Shown here piece after piece: positions 18,243-28,483 of a stretch of 42,147 nt of DNA. The notes beneath the pieces are model-generated. The model was not told the DNA's origin, searched no databases, and saw only the letters and a list, made by a program, of their open reading frames with translations. The translations under genes and the position numbers were made by a program. Each line of letters starts with the position of its first letter. The first letter of the stretch is position 1. The DNA is from Actinomycetota bacterium (GTDB lineage Bacteria > Actinomycetota > Acidimicrobiia > Acidimicrobiales > AC-9): assembly GCA_005888295.1 (NCBI GenBank), contig VAWP01000054.1, positions 21,640-63,786 on the forward strand, in the 5' to 3' direction.

Positions 18243-19844
18243 GTGGCGGCAACGATTGACCACGTCATCGTGATCGCGTTGGAGAACCGGTCGTTCGACC
18301 ACATGCTGGGGTACCTGCAGCACCCGGACGCCAGCTTCGACGGCTTGCTGGGCGCCGGCCCATACGAGAACCCCGGGTGGGGCGGGGGGACGCCCGTCTC
18401 AGCTACGCCTGACGCGAAGTACGTCCTTCCGCTCGACCCCGACCACTCACATGAGGCCGTCATGCTGCAGCTGGGTGCGACCCGACGGGGCGGGTCGTGG
18501 CAGGTCGACAACCGGGGTTTCGTTGATAGCTTCGAGCGCAAGGGACGGGGACTTGCGGCACCCTCCTTCGATGGTGTGCTTGCACCGCTCGTGGCCTTGT
18601 GCAAACGGCTGACCGCAGCGGCGACGATCAAGGACCGAGGTCCGCTGGCCATGCGCTGCCAGGCAACCTCGCAGGTACCGGTGCTGAGCGAACTGGCGCT
18701 GAAGTTCGGCACGTGCACCCGATGGTTCTCCTCGGTGCCAGGTGAGACGTGGCCCAACAGGAACTTCCTCCATTCCGCAACCTCCGACGGGACGACCGTC
18801 AACGAGACGCGCTTCTACGACAACAGGACGATCTTCGAGCTCCTCGAGGAAGCTGGCAAGAGCTGGCACATCTACTACGACGACACGCCACAGGTCTGGG
18901 CCTTCCATGAGCTGTGGGATAGCGATGACCGCCGCCGCAACTGGTATCGCTCCTCAGAGTTCGCCAACCATGTCCATTCTGGGCAACTTCCCAACTACTC
19001 CTTCATCGAGCCCAATCATCGGCCGCCGTTACACCTAGAGCCGTACCTTCCGGTCGTCGGTCAGCACGACCACGGCAGCAGCCAGCACCCAGGCAACAAC
19101 CTTGTCGCCGACAAGGACTACGACGGCTGCCCGCCCAGCGGCCCAGGGGACTTCGCCCGGGCCGAGGCTCTCATCGCCGAGGTCTACGAAGCGCTCAGGT
19201 CCAACCCGGAGCTGTTCCAACGATCCGTCCTCCTCGTCACCTACGACGAGCACGGTGGCCTGTACGACCACGTGGGTCCGCCAGGAGGCGTCCCTGCCCC
19301 CGGCGGGAAGCCACAGCCAGGACTCCTCGGGCGGCTCCTCAGGTTTCTGCTGCGCAGGAAGACGACGTTCTTCGACTTCACCTTGCTGGGGGTGAGGGTC
19401 CCGGCCATCGTCATCTCTCCCTACGTGCCTGCCGGGGTGATCTCCGCCACGCCGCGCGACCACGCCAGCGTCCCATCGACCCTTCGGGCGCTGTTCGCTC
19501 CGACCCACGGCCCACTGACGAAGCGGGATGAGTGGGCGCCGCCGTTCCACACCATGCTGACCCTGGACCAGCCCCGAACGGCGGACCTTCCGGACCTGTC
19601 TGGGCATGCGGCGCCTGCCGCCGCCCTGGCATCTCCGACGGGGGCGCCCGAGTCAGCGACGGCTCCTCTGCCGGGGAAGGGGCCGGAGCCCCCGCTGCCC
19701 GACCACTACCAGGAGCTCGTGGAACTGGCCGACCTGGTCGACGAGAAGCTACCCGGCCCGGTTGCCCCCACCACCATGGGCCCCCGGGCAAAGGCCCAGC
19801 ACGTGACAGCCGAATTTCAGCACAACGCCGAATCCGCACGATGA
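18243..19844 (+). CDS. Phosphoesterase (phospholipase C/acid phosphatase family), no signal peptide
   Basis: IDHVIVIALENRSFDHMLG, PGETWPNR, TYDEHGG, GVRVP and DHAS motifs. Confidence 0.92.
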   Translation: MAATIDHVIVIALENRSFDHMLGYLQHPDASFDGLLGAGPYENPGWGGGTPVSATPDAKYVLPLDPDHSHEAVMLQLGATRRGGSWQVDNRGFVDSFERKGRGLAAPSFDGVLAPLVALCKRLTAAATIKDRGPLAMRCQATSQVPVLSELALKFGTCTRWFSSVPGETWPNRNFLHSATSDGTTVNETRFYDNRTIFELLEEAGKSWHIYYDDTPQVWAFHELWDSDDRRRNWYRSSEFANHVHSGQLPNYSFIEPNHRPPLHLEPYLPVVGQHDHGSSQHPGNNLVADKDYDGCPPSGPGDFARAEALIAEVYEALRSNPELFQRSVLLVTYDEHGGLYDHVGPPGGVPAPGGKPQPGLLGRLLRFLLRRKTTFFDFTLLGVRVPAIVISPYVPAGVISATPRDHASVPSTLRALFAPTHGPLTKRDEWAPPFHTMLTLDQPRTADLPDLSGHAAPAAALASPTGAPESATAPLPGKGPEPPLPDHYQELVELADLVDEKLPGPVAPTTMGPRAKAQHVTAEFQHNAESAR

Positions 19845-19888
19845 AGGACATCGAGCGATGCCATCGGCGAAGGTCGAGCGTTCAGTCT

Positions 19889-19910
19889 CCGATGTCCCGC
19901 GACATCACGG
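19889..19910. mobile_element. Possible IS481-type terminal remnant at the tRNA 3' end
   Basis: CCGATGTCCCGCGACATCAC with internal dyad GATGTC-N4-GACATC abuts the tRNA CCA. It resembles actinobacterial IS481 ends as recalled; no transposase is present. Confidence 0.35.
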
Positions 19911-19986
19911 TGGAGCGGACGACGGGACTCGAACCCGCGACCCTCACCTTGGCAAGGTGATGCTCTACCAACTGAGCCACGTCCGC
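19911..19986 (-). tRNA. tRNA-Gly (GCC)
   Basis: GCGGACGTGGCTCAGTTGGTAGAGCATCACCTTGCCAAGGTGAGGGTCGCGGGTTCGAGTCCCGTCGTCCGCTCCA folds as a cloverleaf with encoded CCA. Confidence 0.98.
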
Positions 19987-20002
19987 GTGGTGCTCGATCC
20001 TA

Positions 20003-21493
20003 TCAGGACCGATTGGCCGGCTTCCTGGAGGTCGCACCGCTCTCCCCCGGACGCCGGCGGGACGCTCGCGGTGGGCGGTCGGCGGAGACCATGGCCCGGT
20101 CGGCGGGCTTCTTGAGCTCCTCGAGGGCATCGACGACGTGGCGGGAGATGGTGTCGACGCCGGGAACCGCCTCCCTGCCGGCGACGAAGCCGAAGTACAT
20201 CGAGCCCATGTAGCTCATCACCGTGATGTTGAGCCCGACGCCCTCGGCGACCGGCCCCATGGGATAGATCGCCACCATGCGGGCTCCGACGGAGTAGAGG
20301 GGCACGTTGGGACCGGGCACGTTGGAGATGACCACGTTGAACAGCGGCCTGACGCGGTCGAACACGCGCATGTTCGACACGAGTCGAGCTGCGCGCGCCG
20401 CGACCGCCGGGGCGGCGAACTCCGCCCAGTTGGTGAGGGTGTCGGCGCCGATGGCCTTCTCCTGGTCCTTGGCCAGGGTCACGCCCCGACTGATGGCGTG
20501 GAGGCGCTCCACGGGATCGTCGATGCTGGTCGCCAGCGACACGAGCATGGCGGTGACCTGGTTGCCCATCGAACCCCGCTCGCCCTTGGTCCGCACGGAT
20601 ATCGGCACCATCGCCACCAGAGACGACTCAGGCTCCTCCCCCTTCTCCGACAGGTACCGCCGCAGCGCGCCGGCGCAGACGGCGAGCACCACGTCGTTGA
20701 CGGTCCCGCCCAGCGCGTTCTTCACCATCTTCACGTCATCGAGGGATACCTCGGCGAAGGCGAAACGCCGGTGCGGCGTGATGGAGGTGTTCAACGAGGT
20801 ACGGGGGGCGCTGAACGGTGCCGGCGGGGGGACGGCGCCGGGCAGGCGGTTGCGGCGGCGCAGGTTGAGGGCCGTGGAGATCGTGCGTCGCAGCGCCTTG
20901 GCCGCAGCCAGCGGCTGGCGCGACAGCGAGTACAGCGCCCAGCCCACCAGCTCGAAATCGTTCGGGATCTTGTCCGCCTGCCACGGCGGATCGGGTGGTG
21001 GCACGACAACGGGCTCGGGCTGCAGATCGAGCAGGTTGACGGTCAGCTCCTCCCCTGAGACGCCGTCGATGGCAGCGTGGTGGGTCTTGGTCACGACCGA
21101 GACCAAGCCTCCCTCCAGGCCTTCGACCACGTACATCTCCCACAGGGGTCGGCTCCGGTCGAGCGGTCTGCCGATGACATCGGCTGCGAAGTCGGCGAGC
21201 TCCCGGTGGCCACCCGGCGAGGGAAGGCACGCCCGGCGCAGGTGGTAGTCGAGGTCGAAGTCCGGGTCCTCGATCCAGATCGGGTGGTGAAGTGCGAACG
21301 GCACCTCCACCAGCCGGCGCCGGAAGGGTGGGATCAGCGGGAGCCGGTTCTCCACCATCGCTCGCACGCGGTCGAACGAGTACCCGCCAGGAACATCGGT
21401 CGGATCGAACACGCACGTGGATGCCACGTGCATGTGCATGTGCGGCGTCTCCATGTACAGGAACGTCGCATCGAGACCGCTCAGGCGCTGCAT
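20003..21493 (-). CDS. Wax ester synthase/diacylglycerol acyltransferase (WS/DGAT)
   Basis: MQRLSGLDATFL, catalytic HHAAIDG and ISNVPGP motifs. Confidence 0.95.
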   Translation of the reverse strand: MQRLSGLDATFLYMETPHMHMHVASTCVFDPTDVPGGYSFDRVRAMVENRLPLIPPFRRRLVEVPFALHHPIWIEDPDFDLDYHLRRACLPSPGGHRELADFAADVIGRPLDRSRPLWEMYVVEGLEGGLVSVVTKTHHAAIDGVSGEELTVNLLDLQPEPVVVPPPDPPWQADKIPNDFELVGWALYSLSRQPLAAAKALRRTISTALNLRRRNRLPGAVPPPAPFSAPRTSLNTSITPHRRFAFAEVSLDDVKMVKNALGGTVNDVVLAVCAGALRRYLSEKGEEPESSLVAMVPISVRTKGERGSMGNQVTAMLVSLATSIDDPVERLHAISRGVTLAKDQEKAIGADTLTNWAEFAAPAVAARAARLVSNMRVFDRVRPLFNVVISNVPGPNVPLYSVGARMVAIYPMGPVAEGVGLNITVMSYMGSMYFGFVAGREAVPGVDTISRHVVDALEELKKPADRAMVSADRPPRASRRRPGESGATSRKPANRS

Positions 21494-21533
21494 ACCAGTG
21501 AACCTCCCCAAACTGCGTCGCAGCTATTCGATG

Positions 21534-22409
21534 CTACTTGAGCAGCCGAGACAGCCGGCGATCGGCGAGAGGCCGGCCACCCGTCTGGCACGTGGGGCAG
21601 TACTGCAACGACTTGGTGGCGAACGCGACCTGGCGAACCGTGTCACCGCAGACCGGGCACGGCTCGCCCGTGCGACCGTGGACCCGCATGCCCGCCCGCT
21701 TCTCGGCCTTGAGCCCCGCCGCCGGCAGGCCTTCCGACCGCTCGACCGCCTCGGTCAGCACCTGCACCAGGGCGTCGTGCAGCCGCTGCAGCTCCTCCCG
21801 GCTGAGCTTGGCGGCCGGCTTGAACGGCGACAACCGCGCTGCGTGCAGGACCTCGTCGGAGTAGGCGTTGCCGACGCCAGCGATGGCTTCCTGGTCGGTG
21901 AGGGTCCCCTTGAGCGTCGTCCCCTGGGCCAGAGCAGCCTCCAGGGCGGTCACGTCGAAGGCGGGATCGAGTGCCTCCGGGCCCAGCCGGGAGAGCGGCT
22001 CGACCTCCTCGGGTGACCCGACGACCCACAGCGCGAGCCGCTTCTCGGTCCCCGCCTCGGTCACCTCGAAGCCGCCACCACCCGCGAGTCGCAGCCGCAG
22101 GGCCAGTGGGCCCCGGCCGGGCTTGACGGGCGCAGTCGGCAGCTCGTCACGCCACCGCACCCATCCGCCCCGCGCCAGGTGCAGCACCAGCCACAGCGGC
22201 TCGCCCGCGTCGGGCGACGTGGTCTCGAAGAGCAGGTACTTGCCCCGCCGACTGACCGCCGCCACGCCCCGTGCGCTCAGCGCGTCCAGGGGCGGCGCGA
22301 ACGTCTTCAGGGCCGAGATGGCGCCCAGCTGGACCCTGGCGATCGTCTGTCCCCGGAGCCGTGCGTCCAGGAACTGGACGAGGGCCTCCACCTCCGGCAG
22401 CTCGGGCAC
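21534..22409 (-). CDS. Fpg/Nei-family DNA glycosylase (MutM2-like)
   Basis: PELPEVE N-terminus, RRGKY, GVGNAYSDE H2TH and CPVC...YCPTCQ zinc finger. Confidence 0.93.
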   Translation of the reverse strand: MPELPEVEALVQFLDARLRGQTIARVQLGAISALKTFAPPLDALSARGVAAVSRRGKYLLFETTSPDAGEPLWLVLHLARGGWVRWRDELPTAPVKPGRGPLALRLRLAGGGGFEVTEAGTEKRLALWVVGSPEEVEPLSRLGPEALDPAFDVTALEAALAQGTTLKGTLTDQEAIAGVGNAYSDEVLHAARLSPFKPAAKLSREELQRLHDALVQVLTEAVERSEGLPAAGLKAEKRAGMRVHGRTGEPCPVCGDTVRQVAFATKSLQYCPTCQTGGRPLADRRLSRLLK

Positions 22410-22428
22410 GGGCGCGCTCCGCCGACCC

Positions 22429-22866
22429 TCAGCGCCCCGAGTGGCCGAAGCCACCGGTGCCGCGTTGGCTCGCTGGCAGCTCCTCCACCAGGCGGAACCC
22501 GGCCGCCTCCACCCGCTGGATCACCAGCTGGGCGATGCGGTCACCGCGGCTCACCCGGTAGGCGGTGCCGGGGTCGGTGTTGACGAGCAGGACGCGGATC
22601 TCGTCACGGTAGCCGGCGTCGATCAACCCCGGCGTGTTGAGGCAGGTCACCCCGTGGGTGAGGGCCAGCCCGCTGCGGGGTTGGACGAACCCCGCGTACC
22701 CGTCGGGTATGGCAACCGCCACGCCCGTCGGCACCAGTGCCCGCCCGCCTCCCGAGCCCAAGGTGGCGTCCTCACGGGCGACGAGATCGGCGCCGGCGTC
22801 GCCTGCCCTGGCGTAGCTGGGAAGGGGCAGGTCGGGATCGAGCCGCCTGATGGCCACGTCGAGCAC
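22429..22866 (-). CDS. dut: dUTPase
   Basis: [21 protein letters not shown] and [10 protein letters not shown] motifs. Confidence 0.96.
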   Translation of the reverse strand: MLDVAIRRLDPDLPLPSYARAGDAGADLVAREDATLGSGGGRALVPTGVAVAIPDGYAGFVQPRSGLALTHGVTCLNTPGLIDAGYRDEIRVLLVNTDPGTAYRVSRGDRIAQLVIQRVEAAGFRLVEELPASQRGTGGFGHSGR

Positions 22867-22941
22867 GCTCCGACCCTACCGCCGACAACGTGGAGCGACG
22901 CCGGCGACCCGGCTCCGAAGGCCCGCTCCCGGGCGGACGGC

Positions 22942-23826
22942 TCAGGCGCTCTTGGCCGCCGCCTGGCGGGCGGCAGTGGCGCGGCGCTGACGCGGCGCGG
23001 TCTGCTCGGACGTGTCGTCGGCCACCGGCTCGATGCGCTCCGTCGGGGTGTCCTTGCGGACCCCACGGGTCTCGTCGGCCGCCGGATCACGCTCGACGCG
23101 GGCGGTCTCCTTGGTCGCAGGGTCCGCCGCGCCCTCGTCCTCCTCCGGCTCGGGAGCTGACGCACCCGGTCCGCGGGGGCCGTTGCCGCCACCGATCACA
23201 CCCTCGAGGAGCTCGCGCAGTCGGGCCAGCTCGCCGAGCGTGGCTCGGCGCTGGTCCTCGAGGTGCTCCAGGTCCTGACGCGCCTCGGCCAGCTGGACCT
23301 GGGCCTCGTCCCACACGGCCTTGGCGCGCTCCTCGGCTGCCTCCTCGGCCTCCTTGATGAACCGCTGGACCTGCTGGCGGGCCTGCTCGACCTCGCGCCC
23401 GGCCTCGTCGCGCTGATGCCGGGCGTTCTCGGCGATCTCCGCCGCCTGGCCCTCGGCGGCCGCCACCAGCTCGTCGGACGCGTGTCGTGCCTTCTCCTTC
23501 TCCTCCTCGGCCTCGGACACGATGTTGCTCCGGAGCTCCTGGGCTGCCTCCCACGCGTCGCGCAGGATCTGCTCGGCCCGCTCGCCCAGCGATCGAACCG
23601 ACGGGGGAAGCGTGTCGCCCGAGCGCTCCTCGAGGTCGGCGACCTTGGCCTCGAGACTGTGGACGCGACGGGCGGCGGCGGCGAGCCGAGACTCCCCTGC
23701 CTCTATGTGGGATTGGGCGTCACCTGCCCAGCGCTCGTACTCCGCCAGGTAGGCATCGACCTGATCCCGGTCGTAGCCTCGCATGACGATGGCAAACCGG
23801 GGCCTCTCGGCAGCATGCTCGGTCAT
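22942..23826 (-). CDS. DivIVA-domain coiled-coil protein
   Basis: FAIVMRGYDRDQVDAYL followed by a long Glu/Ala-rich coiled coil. Confidence 0.85.
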   Translation of the reverse strand: MTEHAAERPRFAIVMRGYDRDQVDAYLAEYERWAGDAQSHIEAGESRLAAAARRVHSLEAKVADLEERSGDTLPPSVRSLGERAEQILRDAWEAAQELRSNIVSEAEEEKEKARHASDELVAAAEGQAAEIAENARHQRDEAGREVEQARQQVQRFIKEAEEAAEERAKAVWDEAQVQLAEARQDLEHLEDQRRATLGELARLRELLEGVIGGGNGPRGPGASAPEPEEDEGAADPATKETARVERDPAADETRGVRKDTPTERIEPVADDTSEQTAPRQRRATAARQAAAKSA

Positions 23827-23990
23827 CGGCTCTCGGTAGTCCTCTCATGTTGTCGACATCGCTGTCAGGCTGTGCTCTCGAGCCGGCCCTCTCGGGTCGA
23901 CCTCCCGCGATCGCCCCCCGGTTGACACCACGCTACCCGCAGCAGACCCCAGCAAACCGCGAGTCCGGACCCACGACCTACGATGCGGCC

Positions 23991-24527
23991 GTGCTGGTGT
24001 GGATGGACCTGGAGATGACGGGTCTAGATCCCACCCGCCACGTCATCGTTGAAGTGGCCAGTCTAGTCACCGACGACCAGCTGACGGTAGTCGAGGAGGG
24101 TCCTGACCTGGTCGTGGCGGCGCCTCCGGGGGCCCTGGCGGCCATGGAGGAACCCGTCCGGGGCATGCACGAGCGCAGCGGACTCCGGGCTGCGGTGGAG
24201 GCCTCGCCGGTGGGCCTGGAGGAGGCCGGCGCCCGCACCCTCGACTTCATCCGCGCCCACGTTCCCGAGCCCGGCACCGCCCCGCTGTGCGGGAACTCGA
24301 TCGGCACCGACCGGAGGTTCCTGGCCGCCTACCTGCCGGCCATCGAGAACCACCTCCACTACCGCTCGATCGACGTGTCGACCATCAAGGAGCTGTGCCG
24401 GCGCTGGTACCCGGAGGCCCTGGCGGCCGCCCCGGAGAAGGCCTCGGGCCACCGGGCCCTCGAAGACATCAGAGAGAGCGTGGCCGAGCTGGCGTACTAC
24501 CGCACGGCCATTTTTCGCCCCATCTGA
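23991..24527 (+). CDS. orn: Oligoribonuclease
   Basis: LVWMDLEMTGL, LCGNSIGTDRRFL, HYRSIDVSTIKEL and HRALEDIRES motifs. Confidence 0.96.
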   Translation: MLVWMDLEMTGLDPTRHVIVEVASLVTDDQLTVVEEGPDLVVAAPPGALAAMEEPVRGMHERSGLRAAVEASPVGLEEAGARTLDFIRAHVPEPGTAPLCGNSIGTDRRFLAAYLPAIENHLHYRSIDVSTIKELCRRWYPEALAAAPEKASGHRALEDIRESVAELAYYRTAIFRPI

Positions 24528-24588
24528 CGGCGCGCCGTCCTTGACCGAGCGGTCAAGCTGAGTCCGTCGAGCCACTAGGGTGTGGCCC

Positions 24589-25650
24589 ATGGAGCGAGCC
24601 CGCAAGCAGGAGCAGGAGCCCGCCACCGAGACGGTCACCGAGGTGGCTCCGAACGTCCTCCGCATGCAGCTGCCCATCCGTATGCCGGGCCTGGGCCACG
24701 TCAACAGCTATGCGCTCCTCGACGGGCGAGGTGCGGCGGTCGTGGACCCAGGTGTGCCAGGGCCCTCCTCCTGGCGGTCCCTCACCGACCGGCTGCGAGC
24801 GGCGGGACTGAAGATCAAGGACGTGCACAGCGTCATCGTCACGCATTCGCACCCCGACCACTTCGGGGGTTCGGGACGCCTGGCCCAGGAGGCGGAGGCC
24901 GAGCTCGTGTCGCACGTCAGCTTTCGCACCTGGTCCGATCGAGCCGACGCGGAACCGTGCACCGACGACGACGAGTCGACGGGCAACCCCTGGGGCGAGC
25001 CGGTGCCCTGGGGGGGGAGGAAGTTCAAGCCGCCGTTGCGCCAGCGGCTCGCCTTCCGGATCATGAGCACCCGACTGGTCCCCGGCTACGTGTCGCCACG
25101 ACCAACCCGGCGGGTCCGCGACGGTGACGTGCTGCAGCTCGCCGGCCGCGAGTGGACGGCGGTGCATTCGCCCGGTCACACACTCGACCATCTGTGCCTG
25201 TACGACCCCGAGCAAAAGGTCCTGCTGTCCGGCGATCACGTGCTGCCCACCATCACCCCCCACGTGGCCGGCATCGGGTCTGGCCGCGACCCCCTCGCGG
25301 ACTTCGTGACTTCGCTCGACAAGGTCGGCACCCTGGGTGAGGTCACGAACGTCCTCCCCGCCCACGGCCACCCGTTCGACGATCTGGCGGGCAGGATCGA
25401 CGCGATCAAGGCCCACCACGTCGAGCGCCTCGACCGGGTACGGGCCATCGCCGCCGCACTCGGGCCAGCCACCGTGACCGACTTCTCCCACGAGCTGTTC
25501 AGACGGGAGCGGTGGGGCCACATGGCCGAGAGCGAGACCTACGCCCACCTCGAGCACCTGCGCCTGACGGGCGAGGCGCACCGCTACGAGGGCGACGACG
25601 GATTGGTGTACGTGATCGAATCCGACACACACTCGACCGCGCCGGCCTGA
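24589..25650 (+). CDS. MBL-fold metallo-hydrolase
   Basis: THSHPDHFG, PGHTLDH, GDHVLP and PAHG motifs. Confidence 0.92.
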   Translation: MERARKQEQEPATETVTEVAPNVLRMQLPIRMPGLGHVNSYALLDGRGAAVVDPGVPGPSSWRSLTDRLRAAGLKIKDVHSVIVTHSHPDHFGGSGRLAQEAEAELVSHVSFRTWSDRADAEPCTDDDESTGNPWGEPVPWGGRKFKPPLRQRLAFRIMSTRLVPGYVSPRPTRRVRDGDVLQLAGREWTAVHSPGHTLDHLCLYDPEQKVLLSGDHVLPTITPHVAGIGSGRDPLADFVTSLDKVGTLGEVTNVLPAHGHPFDDLAGRIDAIKAHHVERLDRVRAIAAALGPATVTDFSHELFRRERWGHMAESETYAHLEHLRLTGEAHRYEGDDGLVYVIESDTHSTAPA

Positions 25651-25681
25651 GAGAGACCGGCCACCCTCGGAAGGGAGCAGC

Positions 25682-26716
25682 ATGGACCATCGCACGCTCG
25701 GCCGGACGGGTATGAAGGTCAGCCCCCTCTGCCTGGGGGCGATGATGCTCGGCGGCTGGGGGAACCGCGATCACGACGACTCGGTCCGGATCATCCACAC
25801 CGGGCTCGACGCCGGGATCAACTTCATCGACACCGCCGACATCTACTCCAATGGTGAGTCGGAGCGGATCGTGGGCAAGGCCCTGGCCGGACGGCGGGAC
25901 AACGTGGTGCTGGCGACGAAGTTCCACGCCCCCATGGGCGACGACGTCAACCAGCGCGGGAACTCCCGGCGCTGGATCGTGCAGGAGTGCGAGAACAGCC
26001 TCCGCCGTCTCGGCACCGACTGGATCGATCTCTACCAGGCCCACCGGCCCGACCCCAGCTGCGACGTGGACGAGACGCTGTCCGCCCTCTCGGACCTGGT
26101 CCACGCCGGCAAGGTGCGCGCCATCGGCAGCTCGACCTTCCCCGCCGAGGAGATCGTCGAGGCGCAGTGGGTCGCCGAGCGGCGGGGCCGCGAACGCTTC
26201 CGCTGTGAGCAGCCGCCCTACTCGATCCTGGCCCGCAGCATCGAGGCCTCGGTGCTGCCGACCTGCCAGCGCTTCGGCATGGGCGTGATCGCCTGGAGCC
26301 CGCTCAACGGCGGCTGGCTCGCCGGCCGCTACCGCCGCGGTGAAGCGCCGCCGCCGGACTCGCGGGCGGCACGAATGGGCGGTCGCTTCGATCCCTCCCG
26401 CCCCGAGAACGATCGCAAGCACGACATCGTGGAGGAGCTCTCCAAGCTGGCGGCCGAGGTCGGCTGCTCGATGGTCCAGTTGGCGCTGGCGTTCGTGCTC
26501 GTCCACCCCGCCGTCACGTCCGCGATCATCGGACCGCGGACGATGGCACACCTCGAGGGTCAACTCGGCGCCGGTGACGTGGTCCTCGGCGACGACGTGC
26601 TCGATCGCATCGACGCCCTCGTCCCGCCCGGCACCAACGTCGATCCCGCCGACGCCGGCTACACCCCGCCTGCCGTCGAGACGGCCTGGCGGCGGCGCCG
26701 GGCCGGCCGCGACTAG
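25682..26716 (+). CDS. Aldo/keto reductase
   Basis: LCLGAMM, IDTADIY, LATK, DLYQAH and WSPL motifs. Confidence 0.95.
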   Translation: MDHRTLGRTGMKVSPLCLGAMMLGGWGNRDHDDSVRIIHTGLDAGINFIDTADIYSNGESERIVGKALAGRRDNVVLATKFHAPMGDDVNQRGNSRRWIVQECENSLRRLGTDWIDLYQAHRPDPSCDVDETLSALSDLVHAGKVRAIGSSTFPAEEIVEAQWVAERRGRERFRCEQPPYSILARSIEASVLPTCQRFGMGVIAWSPLNGGWLAGRYRRGEAPPPDSRAARMGGRFDPSRPENDRKHDIVEELSKLAAEVGCSMVQLALAFVLVHPAVTSAIIGPRTMAHLEGQLGAGDVVLGDDVLDRIDALVPPGTNVDPADAGYTPPAVETAWRRRRAGRD

Positions 26717-26725
26717 GAGCTCGCC

Positions 26726-28459
26726 GTGTCCGACCAGTCGGTCCAGCACGAGCAGCTCTCGTTGGCCGAGGCCACCGCCACGCTCACCGCTCCGGGGCAG
26801 ATGTTCGAGATCGGCGAGGAGGTGATCCGCGGCGTGCCCACCAGGGTGTGGAAGAACGCGCCACCGACGCTGCGGGCCGTCCTGGAGCTGTCGCGGGGCC
26901 ACGGCGCTGCGACCTACCTCGTCTACGAGGACGAACGGACGACCTACGAGGAGCACTTTCGGGCTGCAGCCAGGCTCGCCCGGGCACTCGTCGACCGCTA
27001 CGGCGTCGGCAAGGGCGACCGTGTCGCCATCGCCATGCGCAACTTCCCCGAGTGGGTCGTCTCCTTCTGGGCCACGACGGCAGCCGGTGCCATCGTCGTC
27101 CCGCTCAACGCCTGGTGGACCGGGCCCGAGCTGACCTTCGCGCTGGAGGACTGCGGAGCCACCGTGCTCTTCGCCGACGCGGAACGAGCACAGCGACTGG
27201 CGCCGCATCTCGGCGATCTCGGACTGGATCGGGTGATCGTCGCTCGGGCGGACGGCGCGCTCGACCCGTCGCACGACCGCTTCGAGGACGTGGTCGCCGA
27301 CGGCTCGGAGGAGGCCACGCTCCCCGACGTCGACCTCGGCCCGGAGGACGACGCCACGATCTTCTACACCTCGGGCACGACCGGCGCGCCCAAGGGGGCG
27401 GTGGGGACCCACCGCAACATCTGCACCAACCTCATGAGCCTGTTCTTCGTGGCCATGCAGGGAGGACTGCGAGCCGGCGGTGCCGGCGGTGCGGGCGGAG
27501 CGGGCGGCGGGCAGAACGCCTACCTGCTCAGCGTGCCGCTGTTCCATGCCACCGGCTGTCACTCGGTGCTGGTGAGCAACACCGCCGCCGGGGGCAAGCT
27601 CGTGATGATGCGTCGCTGGGATCCTGAGCGCGCCCTCGAGCTCATCGAGCGCGAGCGGATCACGATCTTCGGCGGGGTGCCGGCGATGGTGTGGCAGGTC
27701 CTCGACTCGCCCGACTTCGACCGCCGCGACACGTCGAGCGTCACCAGCATCGGCTACGGCGGCGCGCCGGCGCCGCCCGAGCTGGTCCGACGGATCAAGG
27801 CCCACTTCCCGACGGGCCACCCCTCCAACGGCTACGGCCTGACCGAGACCTCATCGGTGACGACGATGAACAGCGGGTCCGACTACGTGCGCAAGCCCGA
27901 CAGCGTCGGCCCTCCCGTCCCCGTCGTGGACGTCAAGGTCATCGACGAGGCCGGTACCGAGGTCCCGATCGGCCACGCCGGCGAGCTGTGGGTCAAGGGC
28001 CCCAACATCGTGCGCGGCTACTGGGAGAACCCCGAGGCGACTGCGGCGACGTTCACCGACGGATGGCTCCACACGGGCGACGTGGCCGAGATCGACGACG
28101 AGGGCTTCGTGCACATCGTCGACCGGGCCAAGGACATGGTCATCCGAGGGGGTGAGAACGTCTACTCGGTCGAGGTCGAGGCCGTGCTCTTCGAGCACCC
28201 CGCCGTCACCGACGCCGCCGTCATCGGCATCCCCCACGAGGTGCTGGGCGAGGAGGTGGGCGCCGTCGTGCAGGTCCGGCCCGGTGCCGACGTCCGGGCG
28301 GACGAGCTGCGTGACCACGTGGCCGAACGCCTGGCGGCGTTCAAGGTGCCGGTACGGTTCTGGCTGCGCGGGGAGGAGCTGCCGCGCAACCCCGCTGGCA
28401 AGGTGCTCAAGCGGGAGCTGCGCGACGAGCTCGTCGATCGGGCCTCGACGGGAACCTGA
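26726..28459 (+). CDS. Long-chain acyl-CoA ligase (class I adenylate-forming)
   Basis: YTSGTTGAPKG, GYGLTE, TGD, RGGEN and PRNPAGK motifs. Confidence 0.95.
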   Translation: MSDQSVQHEQLSLAEATATLTAPGQMFEIGEEVIRGVPTRVWKNAPPTLRAVLELSRGHGAATYLVYEDERTTYEEHFRAAARLARALVDRYGVGKGDRVAIAMRNFPEWVVSFWATTAAGAIVVPLNAWWTGPELTFALEDCGATVLFADAERAQRLAPHLGDLGLDRVIVARADGALDPSHDRFEDVVADGSEEATLPDVDLGPEDDATIFYTSGTTGAPKGAVGTHRNICTNLMSLFFVAMQGGLRAGGAGGAGGAGGGQNAYLLSVPLFHATGCHSVLVSNTAAGGKLVMMRRWDPERALELIERERITIFGGVPAMVWQVLDSPDFDRRDTSSVTSIGYGGAPAPPELVRRIKAHFPTGHPSNGYGLTETSSVTTMNSGSDYVRKPDSVGPPVPVVDVKVIDEAGTEVPIGHAGELWVKGPNIVRGYWENPEATAATFTDGWLHTGDVAEIDDEGFVHIVDRAKDMVIRGGENVYSVEVEAVLFEHPAVTDAAVIGIPHEVLGEEVGAVVQVRPGADVRADELRDHVAERLAAFKVPVRFWLRGEELPRNPAGKVLKRELRDELVDRASTGT

Positions 28460-28483
28460 GCGGCCCGGAGGCCGCAGGCCCGG

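Noticed and set aside
27460-27512. Gly/Ala repeat (GGAGGAGGAGGG) in the acyl-CoA ligase
   Set aside because: A short low-complexity insertion in a variable loop with no sign of separate function.
25499-27820. 773-aa minus-strand ORF and similar long antisense ORFs
   Set aside because: These are shadow ORFs of high-GC sense genes (AKR, acyl-CoA ligase) with no motifs of their own.
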